25,299 bases of DNA from Chlamydiota bacterium (GTDB taxonomy: Bacteria > Chlamydiota > Chlamydiia > Chlamydiales > SM23-39). The notes beneath the pieces are model-generated. The model searched no databases. It was not told where the DNA came from and saw only the letters and a list, made by a program, of their open reading frames with translations. The stretch is from contig JBCDEZ010000020.1 of NCBI GenBank assembly GCA_039179045.1, positions 1-25,299 of the forward strand, given 5' to 3'. Shown here piece by piece: positions 8,460 to 16,704 of this stretch. Position numbers and translations under genes: made by a program. Numbering within the stretch: position 1 is the first letter of the stretch; the number at the start of each line of letters is the position of its first letter.

Positions 8460-10538
8460 CATTAAACGCACTTTTGCTTTCTCACATATTTCGTAAACCC
8501 AAGAAGACTCTTCTACGGAGTGCAACCTCTCCAATTGAGGCTTCCTATCTCCGATTAGGCTAAGCCTCATACCCGTAGGGACTCTATAGGAAAGATCTCC
8601 TCGCAAAGAGATATCCCGCGCAACAAACTCCCCTGTCCCCTCGAGATAAATCGACAACGACTCTTGCGGATTTTGCATGCGCCACCCCTCTTTTCCTAGA
8701 GATCTCTTGTTGCCTAGATTCTCAATCAAGACGTTATCGAGCTTGCACTTGCCCGTATTTTCAGAGTAACAAAAATGCCCAGAGCGGGTATCTCCCGTTG
8801 GCTGCTCTGCCCGCACAGATACGTGCCCATCGAGGGATACATGGCTCCAGTCGAGCTCGGCTATATCAAGGCGCGCGCTGGCTCCTTGGGCCCAAGTGCC
8901 GTAGCGCATTTTTTGCGCGATGATGGAAAACCAAGGACCTAAAGCGGGATGATGCTGCAGAGAAAAGGGGATCTCTTTCTCTAAGAAATCTTCGAACGGG
9001 AGGAGTTTGATATGAGTGATATGGCAAGCGGCGAGAAGATCTTGCATGCTCTTTAGTACATCGTAGTAGCACCTTTCAGGAGTTTCCAGAAAGGAGCCCT
9101 CTTTTTGCCACGCACGCTTCGTGGTGGAAATCGTTTTGTACCGCTTGTGGTAGGTGAGAAATGTGGCACACGTTCCCTCAGTTGTTTCTGCAATCTGGTC
9201 AGAAATATTTTGTACGGTAGACTCCAAGCGTGCAACGCGCTTTTTCGCAAAAGAACCTGAATCATAGGTCTCCAGTTCTTTGAAATTCAAGAGCATGCCG
9301 GGAAATTCTTCTTTTTCCACCGCTCGCTTTGCGGCGGGCAGGTCCACCCACAAAATATTGGTGTTCGTAGGATACCTTGAGTAGGGGCTGCAAGAGGATC
9401 GGGGATGATCTTCTAGGGAAAACCGAGCAAAGTCACAGTATTCGATCGCAGAAAGATGCGGATGCCCACCAGTTTCACTGGATATTTTGTAGACGTTGAC
9501 TCCCTCTTTTGCGCCTACCTGCCTGGGACAAGAGGCTACTCCAAAAAGGGCGTTTTTCCGAAGGCCATGCCCCAAAAAAGCGCTCAGGGCATAGTCGTAT
9601 CGGGAGGCTGGATTGTTGATCTGCCGTACAAGGGCTTTTTGGATTCCCCGATCGGCAAGCCAGGCAAAAATCTCTTGTTCCCAGATCAGTTTCCAAAGAG
9701 CGCCATGGCCTGCAGGCTTGACGAGAAGCTCTTCGCGGTTTTTCAGGCACCATGTTCCCTGCTCGTCTACAACGGGAACAGAGGGCTGTACTAGCAAAAT
9801 GATGGTGCTCGGATCTCGAAAAAAGTAGTTTTTCCTCCGCAAAATCGAGGCGATGTGGTGCGCATTATTTTTCTCTTCTGATCCCATCAACACGACGGGC
9901 AGGCGCACTGTTTTCCTCCAAATTTTGTAATGAAGGTATTCCAATCCCTCGATATCGAGAAACAACTTTTCGAAAAGGGTCTCTCCGTGGAAGACAAGAC
10001 ATCCCGCAGGTAGATCTGCCCCCGTATTTGGGTCAGTCAGCAAGAGGCGATCTGCAGCGCCTCCGACGGGCAATAGAAGGCAAATTTTCTCCAATTCGTG
10101 GATTGCTTGTAAGCTCACTTGGCGCGTCTCCTCATCAAAACAGGAAATATCGATCAGGGGAGGTTCTTCCACATGCCCTTCATAAAACGAGAAATCCTGG
10201 GTAAAGAGGCGTATGATGCGGGACTGATAGCCCACAATACCTCCCTCTCTCGCGTAATAACGGTCAACCGTTGCCAAGTTGGCAAGCCACTTTTTGCTGA
10301 TAGGGGGATTTTTGGAGCCATCCAAGAGATGCTCTTGCCCTATTGCAATGAGTGAAGCGGTGAGGTAAACGTCATAAGAAGGAGCTTCAGAGAAAAACTG
10401 CGCAAGACAGGGGAACGAGGCAAGGGCTCTTGCAAGAGTGGGCTCTTGCAGGAGAAGGTCTATTTTGCTCTGCAGGGTATCTGCTTGAAGAAGCTTTTTT
10501 TGGAAGCAAAAAAGGGAGGACGCAGGCACAGATTTCAT
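8448..10538 (-). CDS. UTP--glucose-1-phosphate uridylyltransferase, plant UGP3-like
   Basis: Motifs EGGIVGYQ, PVGGAADRL, KPAGHGALWKL, VRQINNP, GAKEGVNV, IEYCDF, YPTNTNILWVDL and RLESTVQNISD match my recollection of UGP3-type UDP-sugar pyrophosphorylases of plants and environmental chlamydiae. Confidence 0.8.
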   Translation of the reverse strand: MKSVPASSLFCFQKKLLQADTLQSKIDLLLQEPTLARALASFPCLAQFFSEAPSYDVYLTASLIAIGQEHLLDGSKNPPISKKWLANLATVDRYYAREGGIVGYQSRIIRLFTQDFSFYEGHVEEPPLIDISCFDEETRQVSLQAIHELEKICLLLPVGGAADRLLLTDPNTGADLPAGCLVFHGETLFEKLFLDIEGLEYLHYKIWRKTVRLPVVLMGSEEKNNAHHIASILRRKNYFFRDPSTIILLVQPSVPVVDEQGTWCLKNREELLVKPAGHGALWKLIWEQEIFAWLADRGIQKALVRQINNPASRYDYALSAFLGHGLRKNALFGVASCPRQVGAKEGVNVYKISSETGGHPHLSAIEYCDFARFSLEDHPRSSCSPYSRYPTNTNILWVDLPAAKRAVEKEEFPGMLLNFKELETYDSGSFAKKRVARLESTVQNISDQIAETTEGTCATFLTYHKRYKTISTTKRAWQKEGSFLETPERCYYDVLKSMQDLLAACHITHIKLLPFEDFLEKEIPFSLQHHPALGPWFSIIAQKMRYGTWAQGASARLDIAELDWSHVSLDGHVSVRAEQPTGDTRSGHFCYSENTGKCKLDNVLIENLGNKRSLGKEGWRMQNPQESLSIYLEGTGEFVARDISLRGDLSYRVPTGMRLSLIGDRKPQLERLHSVEESSWVYEICEKAKVRLMKKA

Positions 10539-10545
10539 TGCACTC

Positions 10546-10595
10546 AGGATACGGCTTCTGATTTTTTTTGACTAGAAAACGCGAAAATGGATACT
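10546..10595. promoter_or_regulatory. Overlapping divergent sigma66-like promoters
   Basis: Minus strand: TAGTCA-N17-TATCCT-N7-ATG (UGP3-like gene). Plus strand: TTGACT(10568)-N16-GATACT. Confidence 0.45.
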
Positions 10596-10870
10596 ACAGT
10601 GGACAACCAGAGCCGCGGTGCAGATTCAAGAATCCCGAACGATGCAGACAAAACGCTTGGACCCCTTACACTTCAACCCTCTTACAAAAGGGATTCGTTT
10701 CCTTTGTATGCCAGCTGAGCGCGCCTCTCCACCTATTTTGCTTTTTAGAGTTGTAATTTGTTCTTAAGGAACTTAACATAAAGAATACACCCAAGTTGCG
10801 TGAGCGCATATTTCGCTTTGTATGCAATGTGCGCTTTTAGTCTGCTGTTTAACGAAAGGAGTCGTCTGTC

Positions 10871-11128
10871 ATGTCCAAACAAAAAAACTCGAAATTTATG
10901 GCCCCCCTGAAGGTCAGCGCGGAGCTAGAGGCCGTTGTCGGCAAGGGTCCGATGCCCCGAACCGAAGTCACAAAAAAACTGTGGGCTTACATCAAGAAAC
11001 ACAACTTGCAAGATGCTAAGAATAAAAGAGACATTCTGCCTGATGCAGCCTTGGGTAAGGTCTTTGGCAAGACAAGTAAGGTCAATATGTTTGAGATGAC
11101 TAAGTTGATCAGCCGCCACTTGGGATAA
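10871..11128 (+). CDS. Stand-alone SWIB/MDM2 domain protein
   Basis: FMAPLKVSAELEAVVGKGPMPRTEVTKKLWAYIKKHNLQDAKNKR...VNMFEMTKLISRHL; SD AAGGAG; typical of chlamydiae. Confidence 0.95.
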   Translation: MSKQKNSKFMAPLKVSAELEAVVGKGPMPRTEVTKKLWAYIKKHNLQDAKNKRDILPDAALGKVFGKTSKVNMFEMTKLISRHLG

Positions 11129-11193
11129 GTTTCCGCTATTTTTTGCAAGAGCCTAAAAAGATGGTTTTTTCTAGGCTCTTCTCGTTGTCTGCT

Positions 11194-11859
11194 ATGTATA
11201 TCACCCTCATTTTCCTATGCGGAGGAGTGGGATCTAGGATGCAAAGTTCCCTCCCCAAGCAGTATCTCCCCCTCGGAGAGCACCCCCTTTTTCTTCACGG
11301 CTTAACTCCCTTCCTGCAAGAGAAGCGCATTTTGCATGCTGTCTTCGTGACGCATCCCGAAAAGAAGCCGCTTTTCCCCCAACACTTCCCGCACAGCTTT
11401 GCTCTACCTGGAGCAAGACGGCAAGACTCGGTATGCAGCGCAATCGCCAAGATGCCCGCTCCTACAACCCACATTTTGGTGCACGATGGCGCCCGCCCCT
11501 TCATTGATCTCGCTACGATTGCAAGGTTGATTGATATAGGATCCAATGAAGATGCAGCCGCTTTAGCTATGCCCGTTGCCTCGACGATCCGGCAAGTGGG
11601 TCCTGACCATTTCACAGAAGCCCTCATTGAGCGCTCTACTCTTTGGGAGATGCAAACCCCGCAGATGCTCCGAGTAGATATGGCGCGTCTCGGAGCTACG
11701 CGCGCGGAAGAGAAAAAGATCACCGTCACCGATGATGTCGCCTTGGCCGAACTTGCCGGGGGGCGTGTGCGGATTGTAACCGGCTCTGATCGGAACATCA
11801 AAATCACCACAAAAGCCGACTACCTTTTTGCCCAGTACTTACATGAAAAAGCGGTATAA
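11194..11859 (+). CDS. ispD: 2-C-methyl-D-erythritol 4-phosphate cytidylyltransferase
   Basis: LCGGVGSRM...PKQYL, GARRQDSV, VHDGARPF, QTPQ, TDDVAL, NIKITT; start taken at ATG 11194. Confidence 0.93.
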   Translation: MYITLIFLCGGVGSRMQSSLPKQYLPLGEHPLFLHGLTPFLQEKRILHAVFVTHPEKKPLFPQHFPHSFALPGARRQDSVCSAIAKMPAPTTHILVHDGARPFIDLATIARLIDIGSNEDAAALAMPVASTIRQVGPDHFTEALIERSTLWEMQTPQMLRVDMARLGATRAEEKKITVTDDVALAELAGGRVRIVTGSDRNIKITTKADYLFAQYLHEKAV

Positions 11860-12556
11860 GTGCACCATTGCTTACGAAGGCTCTGAATATGTAGGCTGGC
11901 AGTCGCAAAAGAGGGGTAGATCTGTCCAAGCAACAGTCGAAAGCGCTCTTTGCATTGCCTGCAAGCAGCGTGTGACTCTGCATGGCGCTGGAAGAACCGA
12001 TGCGGGGGTGCATGCCCTCGCACAGGTAGCGCACTTCGACGCAGATCAAAAACCCACACGCCTTCTTTTGGAAAAGTACCTTCCATGTGACGTACGTATT
12101 GTCCGAATCGAAGAGGCCGAAGAAAATTTCCACGCGCGTTACAGCGCCTCGGCAAAGCGCTACTGTTACTGCGTACAAATCGCCGCCACCCACAGCCCTT
12201 TTCTCTTCCGATTTTCCCACCATATGCGCTCTTTGAACTTCCCTCTTCTCAAGAAGAAATGTCTTCTTTTACAGGGAAAGCACAACTTCAAAAGCTTCGC
12301 CAACGCGGGAAGCGCTGTCACAAACTTTGTGCGCGAGATCTATGCCGTGACGCCTTCTTTCACTAGTTATGGATGCTCTGTCTCTTTTCTTGGAGAGGGA
12401 TTTTTGTACAAGATGGTGCGCAATTTGATGGGTACTCTCCTCGACGACCAGATCTCGGAGGAACAATTGCAAGAGATTTTGCAAAGCCAAGACCGGAGAA
12501 GGGCTGCGCCTCCAGCGCCTGCTAAGGGCCTTTTCCTTGCAGAAGTCCTCTACTAG
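11843..12556 (+). CDS. truA: tRNA pseudouridine(38-40) synthase
   Basis: IAYEGSEYVGWQ, GAGRTDAGVHA, FHARYSA, GFLYKMVR, APAKGLFL. Confidence 0.95.
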   Translation: MKKRYKCTIAYEGSEYVGWQSQKRGRSVQATVESALCIACKQRVTLHGAGRTDAGVHALAQVAHFDADQKPTRLLLEKYLPCDVRIVRIEEAEENFHARYSASAKRYCYCVQIAATHSPFLFRFSHHMRSLNFPLLKKKCLLLQGKHNFKSFANAGSAVTNFVREIYAVTPSFTSYGCSVSFLGEGFLYKMVRNLMGTLLDDQISEEQLQEILQSQDRRRAAPPAPAKGLFLAEVLY

Positions 12557-13232
12557 CGAATAGATCCAATGAGAGATCGGAAAAACTGGGCGCGTGGATA
12601 TCGGCTCTGGCCGCCCCCTCCTCCCAAAGAGGGTAACTTTTTTTCTGGATGAAAACGGAGGTCGCTTGCGTCTGTTCTAAAGAGCAGATTCCCCGGAAGC
12701 TATCCTCAAATCCGATCGCTTGTTCTGCTTCTTCTGGAAATTGCCGAAGAGCGTAATTGTAGCAGGCAGGTGCAGGTTTGGGAAGGTCGTAGTCTTCCCT
12801 TGTAATGATGCGCGAAATCGTTTGCAAAGGAGCAGAGCGCCCACGAGCCGTTTCGATATGCTCGCGGCAAGAATGGGTCACAATCGCGCTCATCTTTTCT
12901 TCTGCAGCAAGGGAGTGGAGCAAAGAGGCGACGCCTGGCATCAGGTCGATTGCGCTCTTCTCGAGCCACTCTCGATACATCTCCTGCTTTTTCTGGTAGA
13001 ATGCATCCCAACAAAGCGTCCCAAAAAGCTTGGGGTAGCGCCCATGCAAGGCGTCTTGTAGAGCCTGCGAAGAGGCGTGAGCGTAAGCGATGAACTGGGA
13101 AAACGTTCCTAAAGGAGCGTATCCATAATGCGCAAGAGTGGAATTGTACGCTGCGAAGTGCCCTTTTTCCGTATCGACAAGTAGGCCATCAAAATCGAAA
13201 AGAAACAGTCGAAAAGAACTCCACCAATCCAT
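12522..13232 (-). CDS. HAD-IA family phosphatase (beta-PGM / phosphoglycolate-phosphatase-like)
   Basis: FLFDFDGLLVDTE (motif I), IVT, KPAP, FEDS; SD AGGAG; convergent 35-nt overlap with truA. Confidence 0.92.
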   Translation of the reverse strand: MDWWSSFRLFLFDFDGLLVDTEKGHFAAYNSTLAHYGYAPLGTFSQFIAYAHASSQALQDALHGRYPKLFGTLCWDAFYQKKQEMYREWLEKSAIDLMPGVASLLHSLAAEEKMSAIVTHSCREHIETARGRSAPLQTISRIITREDYDLPKPAPACYNYALRQFPEEAEQAIGFEDSFRGICSLEQTQATSVFIQKKSYPLWEEGAARADIHAPSFSDLSLDLFASRGLLQGKGP

Positions 13233-13253
13233 GCAAATCTCCTAAGCAAATAT

Positions 13254-14322
13254 TCATCCGCAGTCTAACTTAGCGCTCTTTTTTTTGCTATCAAGCTCTA
13301 CCGAGATCTCTTCTAAGGAGAGGGCAAGAAGTTGCTGCTGGATCTCGATAGCAGCTTTCGCCCCATCTGCTGCGGCAGATATCGCTTGCTTGTAGACAGG
13401 GTCGGTGATATCCCCAATAGCGAACACATGAGGCTGCGAGGTCTGTTGTCCTCTTTCCAACAGGATGTACCCCGTACTCGTCAACCGGACTTCGCTGCCT
13501 AAAATCTCCGTATTGGACCGGGCGCCAATCGCTAAAAAGACAGCGCGCATCGGATAGGAGATCATCTCTCCTTTTTCTACTACTTCGATCGAGGTGATAC
13601 TTGCACCATCTCCACGAATTTCCGCAAGCTCTGCCTGGTGGTGCACAAAGACGTTTTTCCTTGCAAGGACACTCTTTTTGCGGGCATTTTCCGTGGTTTT
13701 GAAGTGTGGTTTGCGCACAAATATATGCACCTCTTTTGCCAGATTGGCAAGGTATTCTGCATCTAAAATCGCGCTGTCACCTCCCCCTACTACCGCGACT
13801 TTTTTCCCCGCAAAAAGGGAGCCATCGCAGACAGCACAAGTCGAGACTCCCTTGCCAAAATAGGTGCTTTCCCCAGGAACACCCAACAAATTGGGAGAAG
13901 TACCCATTGCAATGACAATGTTCGGAGCGCGCAGAGAAAAAGAGGAGCCTGAAGCGAGGTCCTCCGCACGCACTTGATAGGGATAGGAGGAAAAATCGAC
14001 GGAGATCGCTTTTGCCTCCAGGATTTTGGCCCCATTTTTGCGCGCCTGCTGACGCATCCTACCCGCAAGCTCTGATCCCGAAATCCCTACCTCAGCAGGC
14101 CAGTTCTCCACAAAGTGGGATCTCGCAATCATTCCCCCGGGAGAGGGTCCCTAGAGGACATAGGTGGGGATCTGTGCACGACTCAAATAAAGGGCGCAAG
14201 ACAAAGCTCCAGGACCACCTCCTAAAATGAGTACTTCGCAATCTCGCACCGTGGGCTCTGCCACAGGTAGTGAAGTCAAAAAAAAGTCGATAAAAAAGAA
14301 CCAGGAACACAAATCCCCCCAT
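13254..14322 (-). pseudogene. trxB: Thioredoxin reductase-like gene disrupted by an in-frame TAG and probably a 5' homopolymer frameshift
   Basis: CAVCDG redox motif, VVGGGDSA and VFAIGD are present. The FAD motif ILGGGPGALSCALYLSRA lies in frame upstream of TAG 14151-14153 (YVL*GPSPGG). The SD-preceded ATG 14322 is one base out of frame across G6/T6/T8 runs. Confidence 0.75.
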
Positions 14323-14384
14323 ATTTTCCTCTATTTTATGCCAACTGTACAAGAGGTGCAAGAGTTCCTGGTAGCCGGCAACAT

Positions 14385-15356
14385 CTAATGATTCTCCGAG
14401 GGAAGAGGAATCGAGGCCCACTTGCGAAAATCGGTGATCGCATGCTGGGGTGTGAGTGGATTTTCTACAATATACTCATCTAGAAAATGCTCGGCCCACT
14501 CACGCAGCTCACCGTGAGTTGCCCCCTCTTCATTGAGAAGCTCACGCAACTTTGCCATCAACTCTTTCAAAAGTAAGACACCGTCTTGCAAAGGTTCAAT
14601 CTTTTTTTGATAGGTCATCTGTACATAGTTTTTCAATGTTTCCAAGGTTTTTTTGTATTGGGAGTTTTCAGCAATGATTCGGAAGTTTTCGCTCTCGCGG
14701 TGATTTTTTGACATATCATACTTGTTGCCTGCAATCTTGTATTTAGAGGACAAGTTGCTTGAGCTACCGTTGCAAAGCTCTTCCACGCAGTCACACTCCT
14801 CATCGATGGGATTGCCATCTGCGGTTTTTAGACCATGTTTTTTGATGAACCAGGCCCATGTATCTCGGTGATCCGATGCGGAAGCAATGCCAAAATCGCT
14901 CTCTACATTCTCTGCACGTCTCCACCAGTAATCCCGATTCTTCTCGTCGTAGGAAATATCGAGGTTATTCTGCCGGATGATCTCCTTATTCTGATCAATG
15001 AGACTTTTGTTCTTCTCGATTGTTTTTTCCCACGCATCGATAGAGCGCTGAAATTTGTGGATGCTTGCGATCTCATCGCCCGTCACCTCTTCGATTTCCT
15101 GTATAGAGCGCGCAAGATCCGCTCCTTCTGCGAGCTTGTCAGTATTCAGAGGCAAAAACTGCTCGGGATCGAAGAGAAATGACTGAGGCACATCTCCTCG
15201 CAGGTAGCTTTTTTCCTTCTCTTTTCTAGCAGGCTGATCGAGTAGTTCCACTTGCTCTTGCGTATCTTGGTAGAGATCGCCCTCTTTTAGCTCTTCCTCT
15301 GCTCGCGGCTCCTTTTCAAACTGGTCTCCCAACGGAGTTTCATATAGATCTGACAT
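14385..15356 (-). CDS. Hypothetical acidic coiled-coil protein (323 aa)
   Basis: Long ORF; strong SD GGAGG before ATG 15356; acidic N-terminus and heptad-like helices. No family recognised. Confidence 0.75.
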   Translation of the reverse strand: MSDLYETPLGDQFEKEPRAEEELKEGDLYQDTQEQVELLDQPARKEKEKSYLRGDVPQSFLFDPEQFLPLNTDKLAEGADLARSIQEIEEVTGDEIASIHKFQRSIDAWEKTIEKNKSLIDQNKEIIRQNNLDISYDEKNRDYWWRRAENVESDFGIASASDHRDTWAWFIKKHGLKTADGNPIDEECDCVEELCNGSSSNLSSKYKIAGNKYDMSKNHRESENFRIIAENSQYKKTLETLKNYVQMTYQKKIEPLQDGVLLLKELMAKLRELLNEEGATHGELREWAEHFLDEYIVENPLTPQHAITDFRKWASIPLPSENH

Positions 15357-15795
15357 GTTTTCCTCCCTCATCATGCAAGATTGCAGGGCTCCTCTCTGTC
15401 CTACCGTACGCATGGGCGATGCTACCCTAAAATCACTCTGAAAATGCGTACAAAAAGAGCGCCCCGTTAATTTGATCTTCGCAGAAATCTTTTTTTTACG
15501 CAAATCTCAATTGGATCTTACGTACGATGAAACGCGCGGGGAACTAGCTACTTTAGAACTTCTCCAGTACTCACGCCATAGAGGGTGGACTCTACAGAGT
15601 CAGCTCTGAAAAACACTCTTGTTGCTGCATAAAAAGAATGGAAAAAAGGAAAGATAGGGCGCAAAATGTGCAAGAAATACAAGAGTAAGCCTAGAGCTAC
15701 TTGCGAATTTTATGAAGCCAAGGCAAGCACGCCCTGTTCTTCAAGTGAAATAGATATAAATCACCAGCAAGAAAGCCTCTGAAAGTCGCGTTTTT

Positions 15796-15817
15796 CCCAT
15801 TTGTTGGATCCCCAAAA
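15796..15817 (+). repeat. Copy 1 of a direct repeat (22-bp exact core within about 70 bp of degenerate similarity)
   Basis: CCCATTTGTTGGATCCCCAAAA, identical at 16318-16339; the flanks are similar. Confidence 0.85.
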
Positions 15818-16023
15818 CCACCTTCCCGTTGCTCGTCCCGTTCAAGGGGAAGAGTGAGAAACTCGATTGTAGTATTGTAAATGATACATTGCGTTATTTG
15901 ATTGATGATTCGAAAAACGTGTATTCGATCTCGTTTTTCTTTAAGGTGTGATGATACAAAAAAATACCTGCAGGAAAAGGTCCATCCCAGAAGGAAAGAA
16001 CTACCTAGAAAAAACCGAAAGAA

Positions 16024-16106
16024 TACCGATGACCGGACTCGAACCAGCACCCTCAAAAGAAGAGCAGATTTTGAATCTGCCGCGTCTACCATTCCGCCAC
16101 ATCGGC
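16024..16106 (-). tRNA. tRNA-Leu (CAA)
   Basis: GCCGATGTGGCGGAATGGTAGACGCG-GCAGA TT CAA AA TCTGC-long variable arm-GGTTCGAGTCC-GGTCATCGGTA; CCA not encoded. Confidence 0.96.
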
Positions 16107-16317
16107 AAAGAGACTTTGCAAGTAGATATCTTATATTACGCTGCAGTGGGTAGAATGTCCAGGAAGATTTTAGGAAAGATGGGTGACTTTGCTTACATAA
16201 TCGGCCTTGAAAAAAGCTCTTGTTCCTAGGGCTTTACAGAAAGAATGGGGGAAATAAGGAGGAGAACCTAGAAAAAATACAAGCGTAACAAAGGGCGTCT
16301 TTTAGAGTCCTGTTCTG

Positions 16318-16339
16318 CCCATTTGTTGGATCCCCAAAA
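16318..16339 (+). repeat. Copy 2 of the direct repeat
   Basis: Exact match to 15796-15817. Confidence 0.85.
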
Positions 16340-16354
16340 GCAACTCTCATGGCT

Positions 16355-16600
16355 CGTCTCATTGATCTGGGCGATTTTTTAGGTATTGGTAGCAAGCTGT
16401 ATGAAGGGCTGTCTGCGTCACTGGTACCAGGAGATTCAAAGTGCTCAGACAGGTGCTGCAGTAGCTCTTCATGCCGATTTTGCCATGTGCTTTTAGATAT
16501 GTCCCTTGAGTCCCAAAGTGCTTCTATACCTGGTCGAGAATGTAGACAGCGTAGACAGCTCCGTCTCCTAAGCTATACTGTAAGGAGATATGATGGCTGG
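16355..16600 (-). pseudogene. ISKra4-family (UPF0236-like) transposase remnant
   Basis: Minus-strand fragments SLGDGAVYAVYILDQV*KHFGTQGTYL, EELLQHLSEHFESP and ACYQYLKNRPDQ* resemble ISKra4-type GDGAxWIxxQV...FGxQxxYL and CxRYLxNRxDQLDY motifs; stops, frameshifts and an internal deletion. Confidence 0.65.
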
Positions 16601-16704
16601 AATGTACAACTGGGAGCTCCATAGGTGGTCGAGTTCCCGAAGAGGTCTATAATGACAAAAAATACTCGTTTCTGCATGTAGAAAAGGAAAGGGGGAAGGT
16701 TTGT

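Noticed and set aside
10587..10756. Small ORFs in the UGP3-SWIB intergenic region
   Set aside because: They lack an SD, start within the putative promoter and show no recognisable features.
14151..14153. Genome-wide TAG reassignment or pyrrolysine
   Set aside because: TAG ends truA, ctcC, the HAD gene and others at expected positions, and no pyl genes are in the window.
14330..15440. Sigma-54 -24/-12 promoters upstream of the trxB-like and orphan genes
   Set aside because: TTGCA and TGGCA half-sites occur, but not with the required GG-N10-GC spacing.
15697..16229. ORFs 15697-16092, 15902-16153 and 15948-16229
   Set aside because: They overlap tRNA-Leu and repeat DNA and have no recognisable motifs.
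15796..16339. CRISPR array or prophage att sites
   Set aside because: There are only two copies 522 bp apart, no cas or integrase genes, and the repeat is not tRNA-derived.
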